From positions 220,684 through 284,683 of the forward strand of contig WYBN01000007.1 in assembly GCA_011525875.1 (NCBI GenBank): 64,000 nt of DNA. The letters are read 5' to 3'. This document shows, one piece after another, positions 9,284 to 18,596 of this stretch. The translations under genes were made by a program, and so were the position numbers. The stretch's first letter is position 1. Each line of letters starts with the position of its first letter. The stretch is from Melioribacteraceae bacterium (GTDB taxonomy: Bacteria; Bacteroidota; Ignavibacteria; Ignavibacteriales; Melioribacteraceae). Below the pieces are notes generated by a model, which did no database searches, was not told the origin of the DNA, and saw only the letters and a program-made list of their open reading frames with translations.

Positions 9284-10519
9284 TTAAAACACATAATTTT
9301 TTGGTATCACAACTATGCCGGTTTCCGAAACAGTGAATCTTTTTTTATCAGTTTCAGTATCGAAACCAATCTCAGTCCCTTCGGGAACAGTAACATTTTT
9401 GTCAATTATTGCCCGTCGAATACGGGAATGCCTGCCAATGTTACAGTTGTTCATTATTATTGAATCGGTCACATAACTGTAGCTGTTAACTCTGACATTG
9501 GGGCTTAGGATTGACCGCTCGACTAATCCGCCGGAGATCACCGACCCGTCGCTGATAAGCGAGTTAAACGCCCGCCCGACGCGCTCGCCTTCGTGTGAAA
9601 TTGTTTTAACTGGCGGCGACTGAATCTGTATTGTTCTCAAGGGCCAGTTAGCATCGTAAAGATTAAATTCCGGAGTTACACTTATTAAGTCCATACTCGC
9701 AGCATAATAACTGTCGAGTGTGCCCACGTCAACCCAATAGGGTTTTTCTTTTTTGTTTTCGTCTTCAAATCTAAAAGCTTGTATGTTGAAATTCTGCTTA
9801 ATCATATATGGTATTACATGCTTGCCAAAATCGGAGTTGTCAAGTTTTTCTTTCTGCATATTTTCAAGAACATCTTTTAAGATTTTTGCGTTAAAGACAT
9901 AAATCCCCATATTAACAAATGACTGTCCCGGTCTATCCGGAATTTCAGGCGGTCTTTTTGGTTTTTCGACGAAAGATATAACCTTATAATTCTTATCAAT
10001 TTCTAAAACGCCGAATCTTGAAGCAGTATCTTTGGGAACGTAAAGTGAAGCGATAGAGAGCGCAGCTTTTTTTTCGACGTGGTACTGAATCATTTTCAAA
10101 TAGTCCATCTTGTAAATATGATCGCCCGATAAAAGCAACACATAATCAACCAAATGATCTTCGAATAAATTTAAATTCTGGAAGATAGCGTTGGCTGTTC
10201 CAGTGTACCAGTTATTGCTGATTTTCTGCTGAGGTGGAATAGAATAAATAAATTCTCCCAGTTCGGGGTTAAAAATATTCCAGGCTTCGTATATATGCCT
10301 GTTTAGCGAATCAGATTTGTATTGTGTCAAAACATAAATTTTTCTCAAACCGGAATTCAAACAGTTTGAGAGTGCAAAATCGATGATTCTGTACTTTCCG
10401 CCAAAAGGTACGGAAGGCTTTGTTCTGTGCAAGGTTAACGGCGATAATCTTTCGCCCTGACCTCCTGCTAAAATCATTGTTAGGGTTTTTCGGATAATTG
10501 CAGAACCGGTATAAGCCAT
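9284..10519 (-). CDS. glgC: Glucose-1-phosphate adenylyltransferase
   Basis: N-terminal LAGGQGERLSPLT nucleotidyltransferase motif, FVEKP, and a C-terminal left-handed beta-helix region. Confidence 0.92.
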   Translation of the reverse strand: MAYTGSAIIRKTLTMILAGGQGERLSPLTLHRTKPSVPFGGKYRIIDFALSNCLNSGLRKIYVLTQYKSDSLNRHIYEAWNIFNPELGEFIYSIPPQQKISNNWYTGTANAIFQNLNLFEDHLVDYVLLLSGDHIYKMDYLKMIQYHVEKKAALSIASLYVPKDTASRFGVLEIDKNYKVISFVEKPKRPPEIPDRPGQSFVNMGIYVFNAKILKDVLENMQKEKLDNSDFGKHVIPYMIKQNFNIQAFRFEDENKKEKPYWVDVGTLDSYYAASMDLISVTPEFNLYDANWPLRTIQIQSPPVKTISHEGERVGRAFNSLISDGSVISGGLVERSILSPNVRVNSYSYVTDSIIMNNCNIGRHSRIRRAIIDKNVTVPEGTEIGFDTETDKKRFTVSETGIVVIPKNYVF

Positions 10520-10550
10520 AAATTACTCTGTTTTATTTCGAATTAGTTTT

Positions 10551-12311
10551 GTGAATATTTCTACTACTAATTACATTTTGTTAAATTTCATAATAAAAAC
10601 CATAATTTATTTAATGATTCAACGCATGAAAGTCAAGAGCAAAAAATATTTTATTTTTATATTATTCTCTATGATGATGACCGGGGTCTTGTTTCTCTTC
10701 TTATTTTTTCGCGAACCGGTATCCATTCTGATCGAATTGAAATCACTCAGTGCATCTGCAACGGAATTGTATAATGACGAAACGGACTTCATTGACGTTC
10801 TGCACTACAAAATAGAATTGGAATTATTCCCTGAAAAAAAATATGTCAAAGGGCAAACAATTATTACTCTAAGAATTCTGCCGGCTAAGAATTCTGACAA
10901 AATCTCACTCGATTTTTATGATAATATGAAGATCGAGACTCTTGAAATAAATGGGACTGCGAAAAATTTCCTTCATGAGGATAATAAAATAGTAATTTCA
11001 TCTTCTGCCGAAGCTGACAGCAGCTATCAGATTAAAATCATATATTCGGGCTCACCCAAAAGCAAGGGACTGGGCTCTTTCAATTTTGCTAAATACCACA
11101 GCGGCGAAAACTTTGTTTATACTTTAAATGAGCCGATCTTCGCACCTACATGGTTCCCTTGCAACGATAAGCCTGATGACAAAGCGAAAGTTGATATAAT
11201 TATAACTAACGACAGCAGTATGGTTTCCGTATCAAACGGTTTATTGATTGACATAAAAAAAATTGACTCTAGAAAAGTCTATCATTGGCGGAGCAATTAT
11301 CCAACCTCAACTTATCTGATTGGATTTTATTCGGCTTCCTATAAAGAATTCTCACAGGAATATATTTCACTTGATAGTTCCCGCTTAATGACTCTGCATT
11401 ACTATGTAATGCCCGATAAATATGAAGATGCTCTATATGACTTCAGCGTCCATCCTGATATACTGACAGTTCTTTCTAAATTATTCGGTGAGTATCCTTT
11501 CATTGATGAAAAGTACGGGGCTGCTCAATTTTTATGGAATTATGGCGCAATGGAACATCAGTCTATAACAGGTATTGGAACAAATTTTATCTCAGGGAAA
11601 GGATTTCATAAAGACCTATACATTCATGAAACTGCCCATCATTGGTGGGGCAATGCGGTTGGGCCTAAATCTTGGAAAGATATCTGGCTAAACGAAGGAT
11701 TTGCAAAATATTCAGAAGCGCTTTATCATGAGGTAAAAAGCGGTCGAAATTCGCTCAAATCTTCAATGCTTGCAATTAAACAGGATTTTGAGGATGAAAC
11801 TGTGTATTATCCCCGCGCGAATTTATTCTCAAGGGTTGTTTATGATAAAGGCGCATGGGTTCTGCACATGCTTAGAAGAGAAATTAGTGATACAATATTT
11901 TTCTATTTACTCCGCGGATATTTCGAAAAATATAAATACACTAATGCATCCACGGATGACTTTAAGAACATAGCGGAAAAATTTTCGGGAATTTCACTCC
12001 ATAAATTCTTCGACCAATGGGTATATTCAGGAAAAGGGATAATTGAAATTGATTACAAGTTTAAGATTAAACCCGGGGATAATGCCGGCGCTACCGCAGT
12101 TATTTATTTGAATCAAATTCAAGATGGTTATGACTCTTATTCATTTCCTTTAGATATAAAATTTATGGCTGATTCTCATTCCGAAATAAAAACCTTTTAT
12201 ATTTCCTCGCGCGAGACTGTGATTTCGGCTGATTTAAGCTTTACTCCGGACAACATATTTTTTGATCCAGAAGACTGGCTTCTCGCAAGATTTCAAAGAA
12301 TTGACCGATGA
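10551..12311 (+). CDS. M1 family metallopeptidase (aminopeptidase N-like), membrane-anchored
   Basis: GAMEH exopeptidase motif, HETAHHWWGN zinc motif (HExxH) and downstream NEGFAKY glutamate. The true start may be an internal ATG (10614 or 10626) just before the TM anchor. Confidence 0.88.
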   Translation: MNISTTNYILLNFIIKTIIYLMIQRMKVKSKKYFIFILFSMMMTGVLFLFLFFREPVSILIELKSLSASATELYNDETDFIDVLHYKIELELFPEKKYVKGQTIITLRILPAKNSDKISLDFYDNMKIETLEINGTAKNFLHEDNKIVISSSAEADSSYQIKIIYSGSPKSKGLGSFNFAKYHSGENFVYTLNEPIFAPTWFPCNDKPDDKAKVDIIITNDSSMVSVSNGLLIDIKKIDSRKVYHWRSNYPTSTYLIGFYSASYKEFSQEYISLDSSRLMTLHYYVMPDKYEDALYDFSVHPDILTVLSKLFGEYPFIDEKYGAAQFLWNYGAMEHQSITGIGTNFISGKGFHKDLYIHETAHHWWGNAVGPKSWKDIWLNEGFAKYSEALYHEVKSGRNSLKSSMLAIKQDFEDETVYYPRANLFSRVVYDKGAWVLHMLRREISDTIFFYLLRGYFEKYKYTNASTDDFKNIAEKFSGISLHKFFDQWVYSGKGIIEIDYKFKIKPGDNAGATAVIYLNQIQDGYDSYSFPLDIKFMADSHSEIKTFYISSRETVISADLSFTPDNIFFDPEDWLLARFQRIDR

Positions 12312-12407
12312 TTCATTCTGCTGCTAAAATAAATTCCATTTACTTGGTAACATTTTGTAATAATAAGTATTAATTTACGGTAGAAAATATTTAATAAGGG
12401 TTCAAAC

Positions 12408-13121
12408 ATCCATTACTTCATATCCGATCTCCATTTAGGGCTACAGTCGAAAGAAATTGAGTCAAAAAAAGAATTGCTTCTTGTGAATTTCCTCGATTCT
12501 ATCAGGGGGTCTGCTAAAAATTTATTCATTTTAGGCGACTTATTCGATTCCTGGTTTGAATATAAATATGTTATTCAAAAAGGATATTATATGACTTTTA
12601 CCGCGCTAAAAGAACTAAGCGATACCGGCTGCAAGATTCATTATATAATCGGCAATCATGATTTCCTCCACAGAAACTTTTTTGAAACAGAATTCGGAGC
12701 CGAAATGTATCAAGATGCGCTTTCATTAGTTCTTGATGGTAAAAAGTTTTTTTTGGGTCACGGTGACGGGCTTGTAAAAAATGATGTTGGTTACTTGATT
12801 TTAAAAAAGTTTCTCAGAAACCGTATTATTCAAAATATTTATTCGTTTATACATCCGGATATTGGTCTTTGGTTAGCAAGCACAACAAGCAAAAAAAGCA
12901 GGGATTATACTGCGGGTAAAAGCTACGGCGAAATTGATGGTGTTTTTGAATCGGCAAAGAATAAAATCAGGCAGGGATATAACTATGTCCTCTTCGGTCA
13001 TACGCATCATCGGAGTTATGAAAAATATGAAAGTGGAATTTATATTAATCTGGGAAGCTGGCTTAATAAACCATGTTATGGAGTTTTCTCAAATAATGAA
13101 TTTAAAATCATTGATCTTTAA
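12408..13121 (+). CDS. lpxH: UDP-2,3-diacylglucosamine diphosphatase
   Basis: Calcineurin-like metallophosphoesterase motifs ISDLHLG, LGDLFD, GNHD and GHTH. The first canonical start (TTG 12474) lies downstream of the essential DxH motif, so the 5' end here is placed at an in-frame ATC preceded by AAGGG (uncertain; see findings). Confidence 0.8.
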   Translation: MHYFISDLHLGLQSKEIESKKELLLVNFLDSIRGSAKNLFILGDLFDSWFEYKYVIQKGYYMTFTALKELSDTGCKIHYIIGNHDFLHRNFFETEFGAEMYQDALSLVLDGKKFFLGHGDGLVKNDVGYLILKKFLRNRIIQNIYSFIHPDIGLWLASTTSKKSRDYTAGKSYGEIDGVFESAKNKIRQGYNYVLFGHTHHRSYEKYESGIYINLGSWLNKPCYGVFSNNEFKIIDL

Positions 13122-13135
13122 TCCCCGGTGATTTA

Positions 13136-15421
13136 ATGACGGCAAGAAAAAATAATAAATCCGGCAGTCTAAAAAAAATACTTTGGAGCGGCTTTGTGCT
13201 TATAGTATTAGCAATAGCACTATCGGCATATTTCTATTATCAATATATAATCAACGGTTTACCGGGTCTTGAAGAACTTGAGAACCCAAGGCAAAGTTTA
13301 GCAAGTATTGTTCTCGATTCGAATGGTGAAGAGATCGGACGGTTTTTCCGCGAAAGCCGTATTGAAGTTTCACTCGACAGCATCCCCCAAACAATTATTA
13401 ATGCATTGATAGCAACCGAAGATAAAAAATTCTATAGGCACTGGGGGGTAGACCTTGATAGATTTGTTAAAGCCATGATCAAAACTATGATGGGGCAGAG
13501 ACAGGGGGCAAGTACCATAACTCAGCAGCTCGCAAAAAATTTATATGATTTGAAAATTATTGACGAGTCAATCTTTGACACAATAACCAGAAAAATACGC
13601 GAATGGATCACCGCTGTTCAGATTGAAAAATCCTATACAAAGAAGGAAATATTGGAGATGTATTTTAATACTTCTTACTTTGGGAGAGGGGCTTACGGTA
13701 TCGAGATGGCATCACGCATGTTTTTTAACAAAAGGGTAAAAAACCTGACTATCCCAGAAGGCGCCGTGCTTATTGCACTGCTCAAATCGCCTGTTTTTTA
13801 CGACCCCGTAAGAAGAAATATAAATTCGATAAACAGAAGAAATCTTGTAATGCGCGAAATGGTTAAAGACGGCTTCCTCAGCGAGACAGAGTATGATCAT
13901 TACCGCGAGCAGCCAATAGTTGTTCAACTTGAGAGGACAACAAAAAAATTCCGGGGCACTAACGCGCCTTACTTTATCGAGCATGTTAGACTACAAATGG
14001 AAGAGTTATCGGAAAAATACGGTTTTAATATATATGAAGAAGGTTTGACGATTCATACTACTTTGAATACAAAAATGCAGGAGTTTGCTAATAAAGCATC
14101 CGTTGAACATCTGGATGAATTCCAGAAAGAATTTGATAAACGTTGGAATTGGGACAAAAATCGTAATGTACTAAATGATCTTCTAAAAAAAGCAGTGCGT
14201 GAAAGAGGGGAGTATCTTTCCGCCAAGACTCTTGAAGAGAAAAACGAAATATTTGAAAGACTTAGTAAGAATGTAGCGTTCGTTGATTCCGTTCAGAAAT
14301 ATTGGCAGACTATTGAAGTCGGGTTTGTTGCTCTCGACGTTAGAGACGGTCATATCCTTGCTATGGTTGGGGGAAGGGATGTAAGAAACGGCACCGGGCT
14401 TAATCATATCACGCAGATTAGAAGACAACCGGGCTCGGCATTCAAACCAATTATTTATACTGTCGCTCTTGATAACGGCTTATATCCGGCATATCCGATT
14501 CTTAACCAGCCGTTCGATTATGAAGGCTGGCAGCCATCAAATTTTGAAGTTGATTTCCTCAGCGGATTTATGAGTTTGAGAGACGCTATAAAACAGTCTG
14601 TGAATCTTGTTGCAGCAAGATTAATCATTGAAGGGCATGTTCCCCTTTGGCAGGTTGGAACGTATGCGCATAAACTCGGGATTAAATACAGACTTAATTT
14701 ATTCCCGGCTATTTCACTCGGCGCCTCTGAAGTTTATCCAATCGAGTTGACTTCGGTTTTTGCGACATTTGCCAATAAAGGAATTTACAACGAACCGATG
14801 TCAATATTACGAATTGAAGATAAGGACGGAATATTAATTGATGCTTTCAGTTCGCAGAGCAGAGAAGCAATAAGCGAGGAAACTGCCTATATGATTACTA
14901 ATCTATTGGAAACAGTTGTAAATGAAGGAACGGGAATAAGAATTAGAGCAATACACAATTTCCAAAGACCATGCGCAGGTAAGACCGGCACTAACTCCGA
15001 CTATAAAGATGCATGGTTTATGGGGTATACTCCTCAAATCGCTGCAGGCGTATGGGTAGGTTTCAACGATCAAAGAATTTCATTTACTGGCGCTTATGGA
15101 CAAGGCGCAAAAGCGGCAGCCCCAATCTGGGCTAATTTTATGAAGATGACTTACGATTCGTTGAATTTTCCAATCGAATACTTCGAACCCCCGAGCAACG
15201 GCGAAATTGTTTCGGTAAACTTCTGCAAAGAATCTATTTATGAATTCGGCGATCCGCGTATTTACTCCAGCGACTGCAATTCTGGAGTTGTGTCTGATAT
15301 TATCAAATTAAAAGATATTCCTCCGAGTTTTAATTCGAGCAAGGATAAGGTTATAAAAATTTTCGATAAATATTCGATAAAAGATACAACAGGGAACGAA
15401 GCGACTGAAATTATAAAATAG
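13136..15421 (+). CDS. mrcA: Class A penicillin-binding protein (PBP1A; transglycosylase/transpeptidase)
   Basis: N-terminal TM segment; GT51 motifs ATEDKKFYRHWGVD and ITQQLAKN; transpeptidase motifs SAFKP (SxxK) and KTGT. Confidence 0.93.
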   Translation: MTARKNNKSGSLKKILWSGFVLIVLAIALSAYFYYQYIINGLPGLEELENPRQSLASIVLDSNGEEIGRFFRESRIEVSLDSIPQTIINALIATEDKKFYRHWGVDLDRFVKAMIKTMMGQRQGASTITQQLAKNLYDLKIIDESIFDTITRKIREWITAVQIEKSYTKKEILEMYFNTSYFGRGAYGIEMASRMFFNKRVKNLTIPEGAVLIALLKSPVFYDPVRRNINSINRRNLVMREMVKDGFLSETEYDHYREQPIVVQLERTTKKFRGTNAPYFIEHVRLQMEELSEKYGFNIYEEGLTIHTTLNTKMQEFANKASVEHLDEFQKEFDKRWNWDKNRNVLNDLLKKAVRERGEYLSAKTLEEKNEIFERLSKNVAFVDSVQKYWQTIEVGFVALDVRDGHILAMVGGRDVRNGTGLNHITQIRRQPGSAFKPIIYTVALDNGLYPAYPILNQPFDYEGWQPSNFEVDFLSGFMSLRDAIKQSVNLVAARLIIEGHVPLWQVGTYAHKLGIKYRLNLFPAISLGASEVYPIELTSVFATFANKGIYNEPMSILRIEDKDGILIDAFSSQSREAISEETAYMITNLLETVVNEGTGIRIRAIHNFQRPCAGKTGTNSDYKDAWFMGYTPQIAAGVWVGFNDQRISFTGAYGQGAKAAAPIWANFMKMTYDSLNFPIEYFEPPSNGEIVSVNFCKESIYEFGDPRIYSSDCNSGVVSDIIKLKDIPPSFNSSKDKVIKIFDKYSIKDTTGNEATEIIK

Positions 15422-15479
15422 TTTTCAATTATTTTTTTTATGTGTTATTTTTGCAGCCGAAAATGTGAAGTTAAATTAC

Positions 15480-15563
15480 GCCCGGATGGCGGAATTGGTA
15501 GACGCGCTAGCTTCAGGAGCTAGTTGGTGCAAGCCAGTGCAGGTTCGAGTCCTGTTCCGGGCA
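15480..15563 (+). tRNA. tRNA-Leu (anticodon CAG)
   Basis: Acceptor stem GCCCGGA/TCCGGGC; anticodon stem CTAGC/GCTAG with loop TTCAGGA; long variable arm; T-loop GGTTCGAGTCC. No encoded CCA. Confidence 0.92.
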
Positions 15564-15724
15564 CATTACAGGTCAAATTACCCCGCGATGAGATTCCGCT
15601 CAATTCTTGCCGATTAAATATTAACTCTTCTTTTATCCCCACACCCGCCTTGTTTGGTAGTAAACTGAAAATCTTTTTTGTTAAATTCGAATAGCGGATA
15701 AGAATTCTTAAATAAATTTTGGTA

Positions 15725-16825
15725 ATGATAGTGAATAAATTAAAATTGTTCTTAATATTCTGTCTAATATATCCCACATTGTTTTTTTCAGCTGATAGAC
15801 CCAAGAATATCATCATTATGATCGGCGACGGGATGGGGTTAAATTATGTCAGCGCTTCTGTGCTTTCGGATAGAAATAGTCCTTTTATTAAATTCAATTC
15901 AATCGGGCTGTTGAAAACTCCTTCTTCAAATAAATTGATAACCGATTCGGCAGCTGGCGCAACGGCGATATCCACCGGTTATAAAGTTCCTAACAAGGCA
16001 ATCTCTAACGATACTGCCGATAAAAACTATGAGACCATTTTCGCTATTGCCAAGAAAGAAGGAATGTCAACAGGCATTGTAGTTACAAGCAGCGTTACGC
16101 ATGCTACTCCCGCGGCGTTTTACGCCAACTCGAAAAGTAGAAGCGAACATGATAATATTGCGCTTCAACTAACTTACGCCGACTTGAACGTTGCCATCGG
16201 GGGAGGATATAAATATTTTGCTAACTCAAAAAAACACGGCTCGAGAACTGATGATAAGGACCTGTTTGAATCAATGAAAGCATCAGGCTATGAAATTGCG
16301 TTAGACTATAATTCCCTCGTAAAAATTAAGTCTGGCAAAGTTTTAGGCTTACTGGGCGAAGACGGATTAAACCCGGCGTCAAAACGGGAATATTCATTAG
16401 CGGACCTGACAAAAATCGGGCTTAAAAAACTCAGCTCTAACCCAAACGGATTTATTCTTATGGTTGAAGGTTCGCAGATTGATTGGGCGGGGCATAATAA
16501 CGATACTGATTACCTGCTTTCCGAAATGAAAGATTTTTCTGAAGCTGTTGACTTGGTTCTGGAATTTGCAAAGACCGATGGCAAAACATTACTCGTTGTT
16601 ACTGCCGATCATGAAACCGGAGGAATGACTATTACCGGCGGTGAAAAAGACGGCTCTAATCTTAGTTTAAGTTTCGCTACCACGGGACATACGCCTGAAC
16701 TTGTCGGGATATTTTCCTTTGGCCCCTCACAAGAAAAATTTTCGGGCATATTTGAAAATCATATCGTCGGAAGAAAATTGATTAAACTTATCAACCCGGA
16801 TTTTGTATTCACCGGAGACGAGTAG
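15725..16825 (+). CDS. Alkaline phosphatase family protein (secreted)
   Basis: Signal peptide; MIGDGMG; active-site Ser motif TDSAAGATAISTG; DWAGHNND; ADHETGG. An alternative TTG start lies at 15719. Confidence 0.88.
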   Translation: MIVNKLKLFLIFCLIYPTLFFSADRPKNIIIMIGDGMGLNYVSASVLSDRNSPFIKFNSIGLLKTPSSNKLITDSAAGATAISTGYKVPNKAISNDTADKNYETIFAIAKKEGMSTGIVVTSSVTHATPAAFYANSKSRSEHDNIALQLTYADLNVAIGGGYKYFANSKKHGSRTDDKDLFESMKASGYEIALDYNSLVKIKSGKVLGLLGEDGLNPASKREYSLADLTKIGLKKLSSNPNGFILMVEGSQIDWAGHNNDTDYLLSEMKDFSEAVDLVLEFAKTDGKTLLVVTADHETGGMTITGGEKDGSNLSLSFATTGHTPELVGIFSFGPSQEKFSGIFENHIVGRKLIKLINPDFVFTGDE

Positions 16826-16846
16826 AGTAATGGTCTCTTTATAATT

Positions 16847-17701
16847 ATGGAAGAAGACTTTAATCTCGAAACAGCTTATAAGAACGCATTAATATTTGCG
16901 AAACAACATTACGAGAATTTTCCGGTGGTTTCCGCATTTCTTCCTAAACGGCTTCGCAGACACGTAGCGGTGATTTATCAATTTGCACGTCAAGCAGACG
17001 ATATTGCCGATGAAGGTCAATTCTCTCCGGCTGAACGGCTGGCAAAATTAAATCACTTCGAATTATTATTTAATAAAACACTTTCCCGTGAATACGAAAG
17101 CAAATTTTGGTATGCACTACACAACACAATAAAACAATTCGGGCTAAGTGAAGATAATTTCTTGAACCTTCTAAGCGCATTCAAACAGGATGTTGTTAAA
17201 AAACATTATGAAGATTTTGATGAACTGCTGGATTATTGCAGCAGATCGGCTAATCCGGTTGGAAGGCTGATATTGGAACTGAATGGGATAAAAAACGAGA
17301 CTGCGGGCACTTACTCAGATTATATATGCTCCGCTCTCCAGCTTACAAATTTTTTCCAGGATGTATCCATTGATCTTAAAAAAGACAGAATTTATATCCC
17401 CCAAGATGAAATGGAAAAATTCGGAATTTCGCGGAAACAACTTGAGTTAAAGCAAAATAATTCGGATTTTAAGGCATTATTAGAATTCCAAATTAATAGA
17501 ACACGCGGTCTTTTTCATAAAGGTCTTAATTTGCTCGAATTTCTTCCCGGACTTTTAAAGCTTCAGATAAGACTAACGGTTTTAGGCGGTTTTAGTATTC
17601 TTGATAAAATTGAAAAGTCAGGTTATGATATTTTGAAGTTACGACCTGCTTTGTCTAAAATAGATTATCTAATTTTATTTATTAAAGCGTTAAAGTTCTA
17701 A
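16847..17701 (+). CDS. hpnC: Squalene synthase HpnC (squalene/phytoene synthase family)
   Basis: SQS_PSY fold with YQFARQADDIADE and NFFQDVSIDLKKDRIYIP. It is the first of two tandem SQS_PSY paralogs followed by an amine-oxidase-type flavoprotein. Confidence 0.75.
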   Translation: MEEDFNLETAYKNALIFAKQHYENFPVVSAFLPKRLRRHVAVIYQFARQADDIADEGQFSPAERLAKLNHFELLFNKTLSREYESKFWYALHNTIKQFGLSEDNFLNLLSAFKQDVVKKHYEDFDELLDYCSRSANPVGRLILELNGIKNETAGTYSDYICSALQLTNFFQDVSIDLKKDRIYIPQDEMEKFGISRKQLELKQNNSDFKALLEFQINRTRGLFHKGLNLLEFLPGLLKLQIRLTVLGGFSILDKIEKSGYDILKLRPALSKIDYLILFIKALKF

Positions 17702-18543
17702 TGCAGGATATCGGCAAGCAAATATCGAAAAAAAGCAACAGTAGTTTTTACTATGCTTTCAGCCTGCTCCCTGATGCTAAAAGGGATGCAATGAATACAG
17801 TTTATGCTTTCTGCCGTAATACCGACGATATTGTTGACGAAGGTAATGATGAGATTACTTATAAATATGAAAAACTTCGTCACTGGAGGTTTGAACTTGA
17901 GCGAGGATTAAAAGGCAATTCTGAGCATCAGTTATTAAATAAGTTAGCAGTAATTATTCAAAAGTTTAATATCCCTCTCGAACCTTTCTTTGAACTTATT
18001 AAAGGTGTTGAGATGGATCTGGAGATAAACAGATATGACAGCTTTGAGGACCTGCTAAAATACTGCTACAGAGTTGCTTCCACTGTCGGGCTGATGTGCG
18101 TTGAAATTTTTGGATATAAAAATCCTTCCGCAAGAAATTATGCTGTTAATCTTGGTCTTGCAATGCAGTTGACAAATATACTTAGGGATGTAAAAAAAGA
18201 TGCGGCAAACGGAAGAATTTATCTGCCGCGTGAAGACTTCGTGAACTTTAACTATACTGAAAAAGAATTATTTGAAAGCAAATATAACAGCAATTTTTTT
18301 AATTTAATGAATTATCAAGCTGGAAGAGCAAACGATTTTTTTATAAAGGCTGACGACTCTTTAGATTATGACGATAAACCTTCGCTGTTTGCCGCGAGGG
18401 CAATGCAGCATATTTACTTCAAACTTCTGAAGAGATTAGAGGAAAAAAAATTTGATGTTTTTAATAATGACATCAATGTTACGAAATTTGAAAAGGTCGG
18501 AATCTCCCTCGGAGTTTGGGCTAAATACCGTCTAGTTTATTAA
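17701..18543 (+). CDS. hpnD: Presqualene diphosphate synthase HpnD (squalene/phytoene synthase family)
   Basis: FCRNTDDIVDE and NILRDVKKDAANGRIYLP Asp-rich motifs. The start overlaps the hpnC stop (TAATG). Confidence 0.75.
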   Translation: MQDIGKQISKKSNSSFYYAFSLLPDAKRDAMNTVYAFCRNTDDIVDEGNDEITYKYEKLRHWRFELERGLKGNSEHQLLNKLAVIIQKFNIPLEPFFELIKGVEMDLEINRYDSFEDLLKYCYRVASTVGLMCVEIFGYKNPSARNYAVNLGLAMQLTNILRDVKKDAANGRIYLPREDFVNFNYTEKELFESKYNSNFFNLMNYQAGRANDFFIKADDSLDYDDKPSLFAARAMQHIYFKLLKRLEEKKFDVFNNDINVTKFEKVGISLGVWAKYRLVY

Positions 18544-18596
18544 ACATCAGCCCTTGCATAAACCGGTTCTATTTTTTCTTAAAGTTAAAACTCCTA

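Noticed and set aside
15520-15816. 98-aa minus-strand ORF
   Set aside because: It overlaps the tRNA-Leu gene and the start of the alkaline phosphatase gene, so it is spurious.
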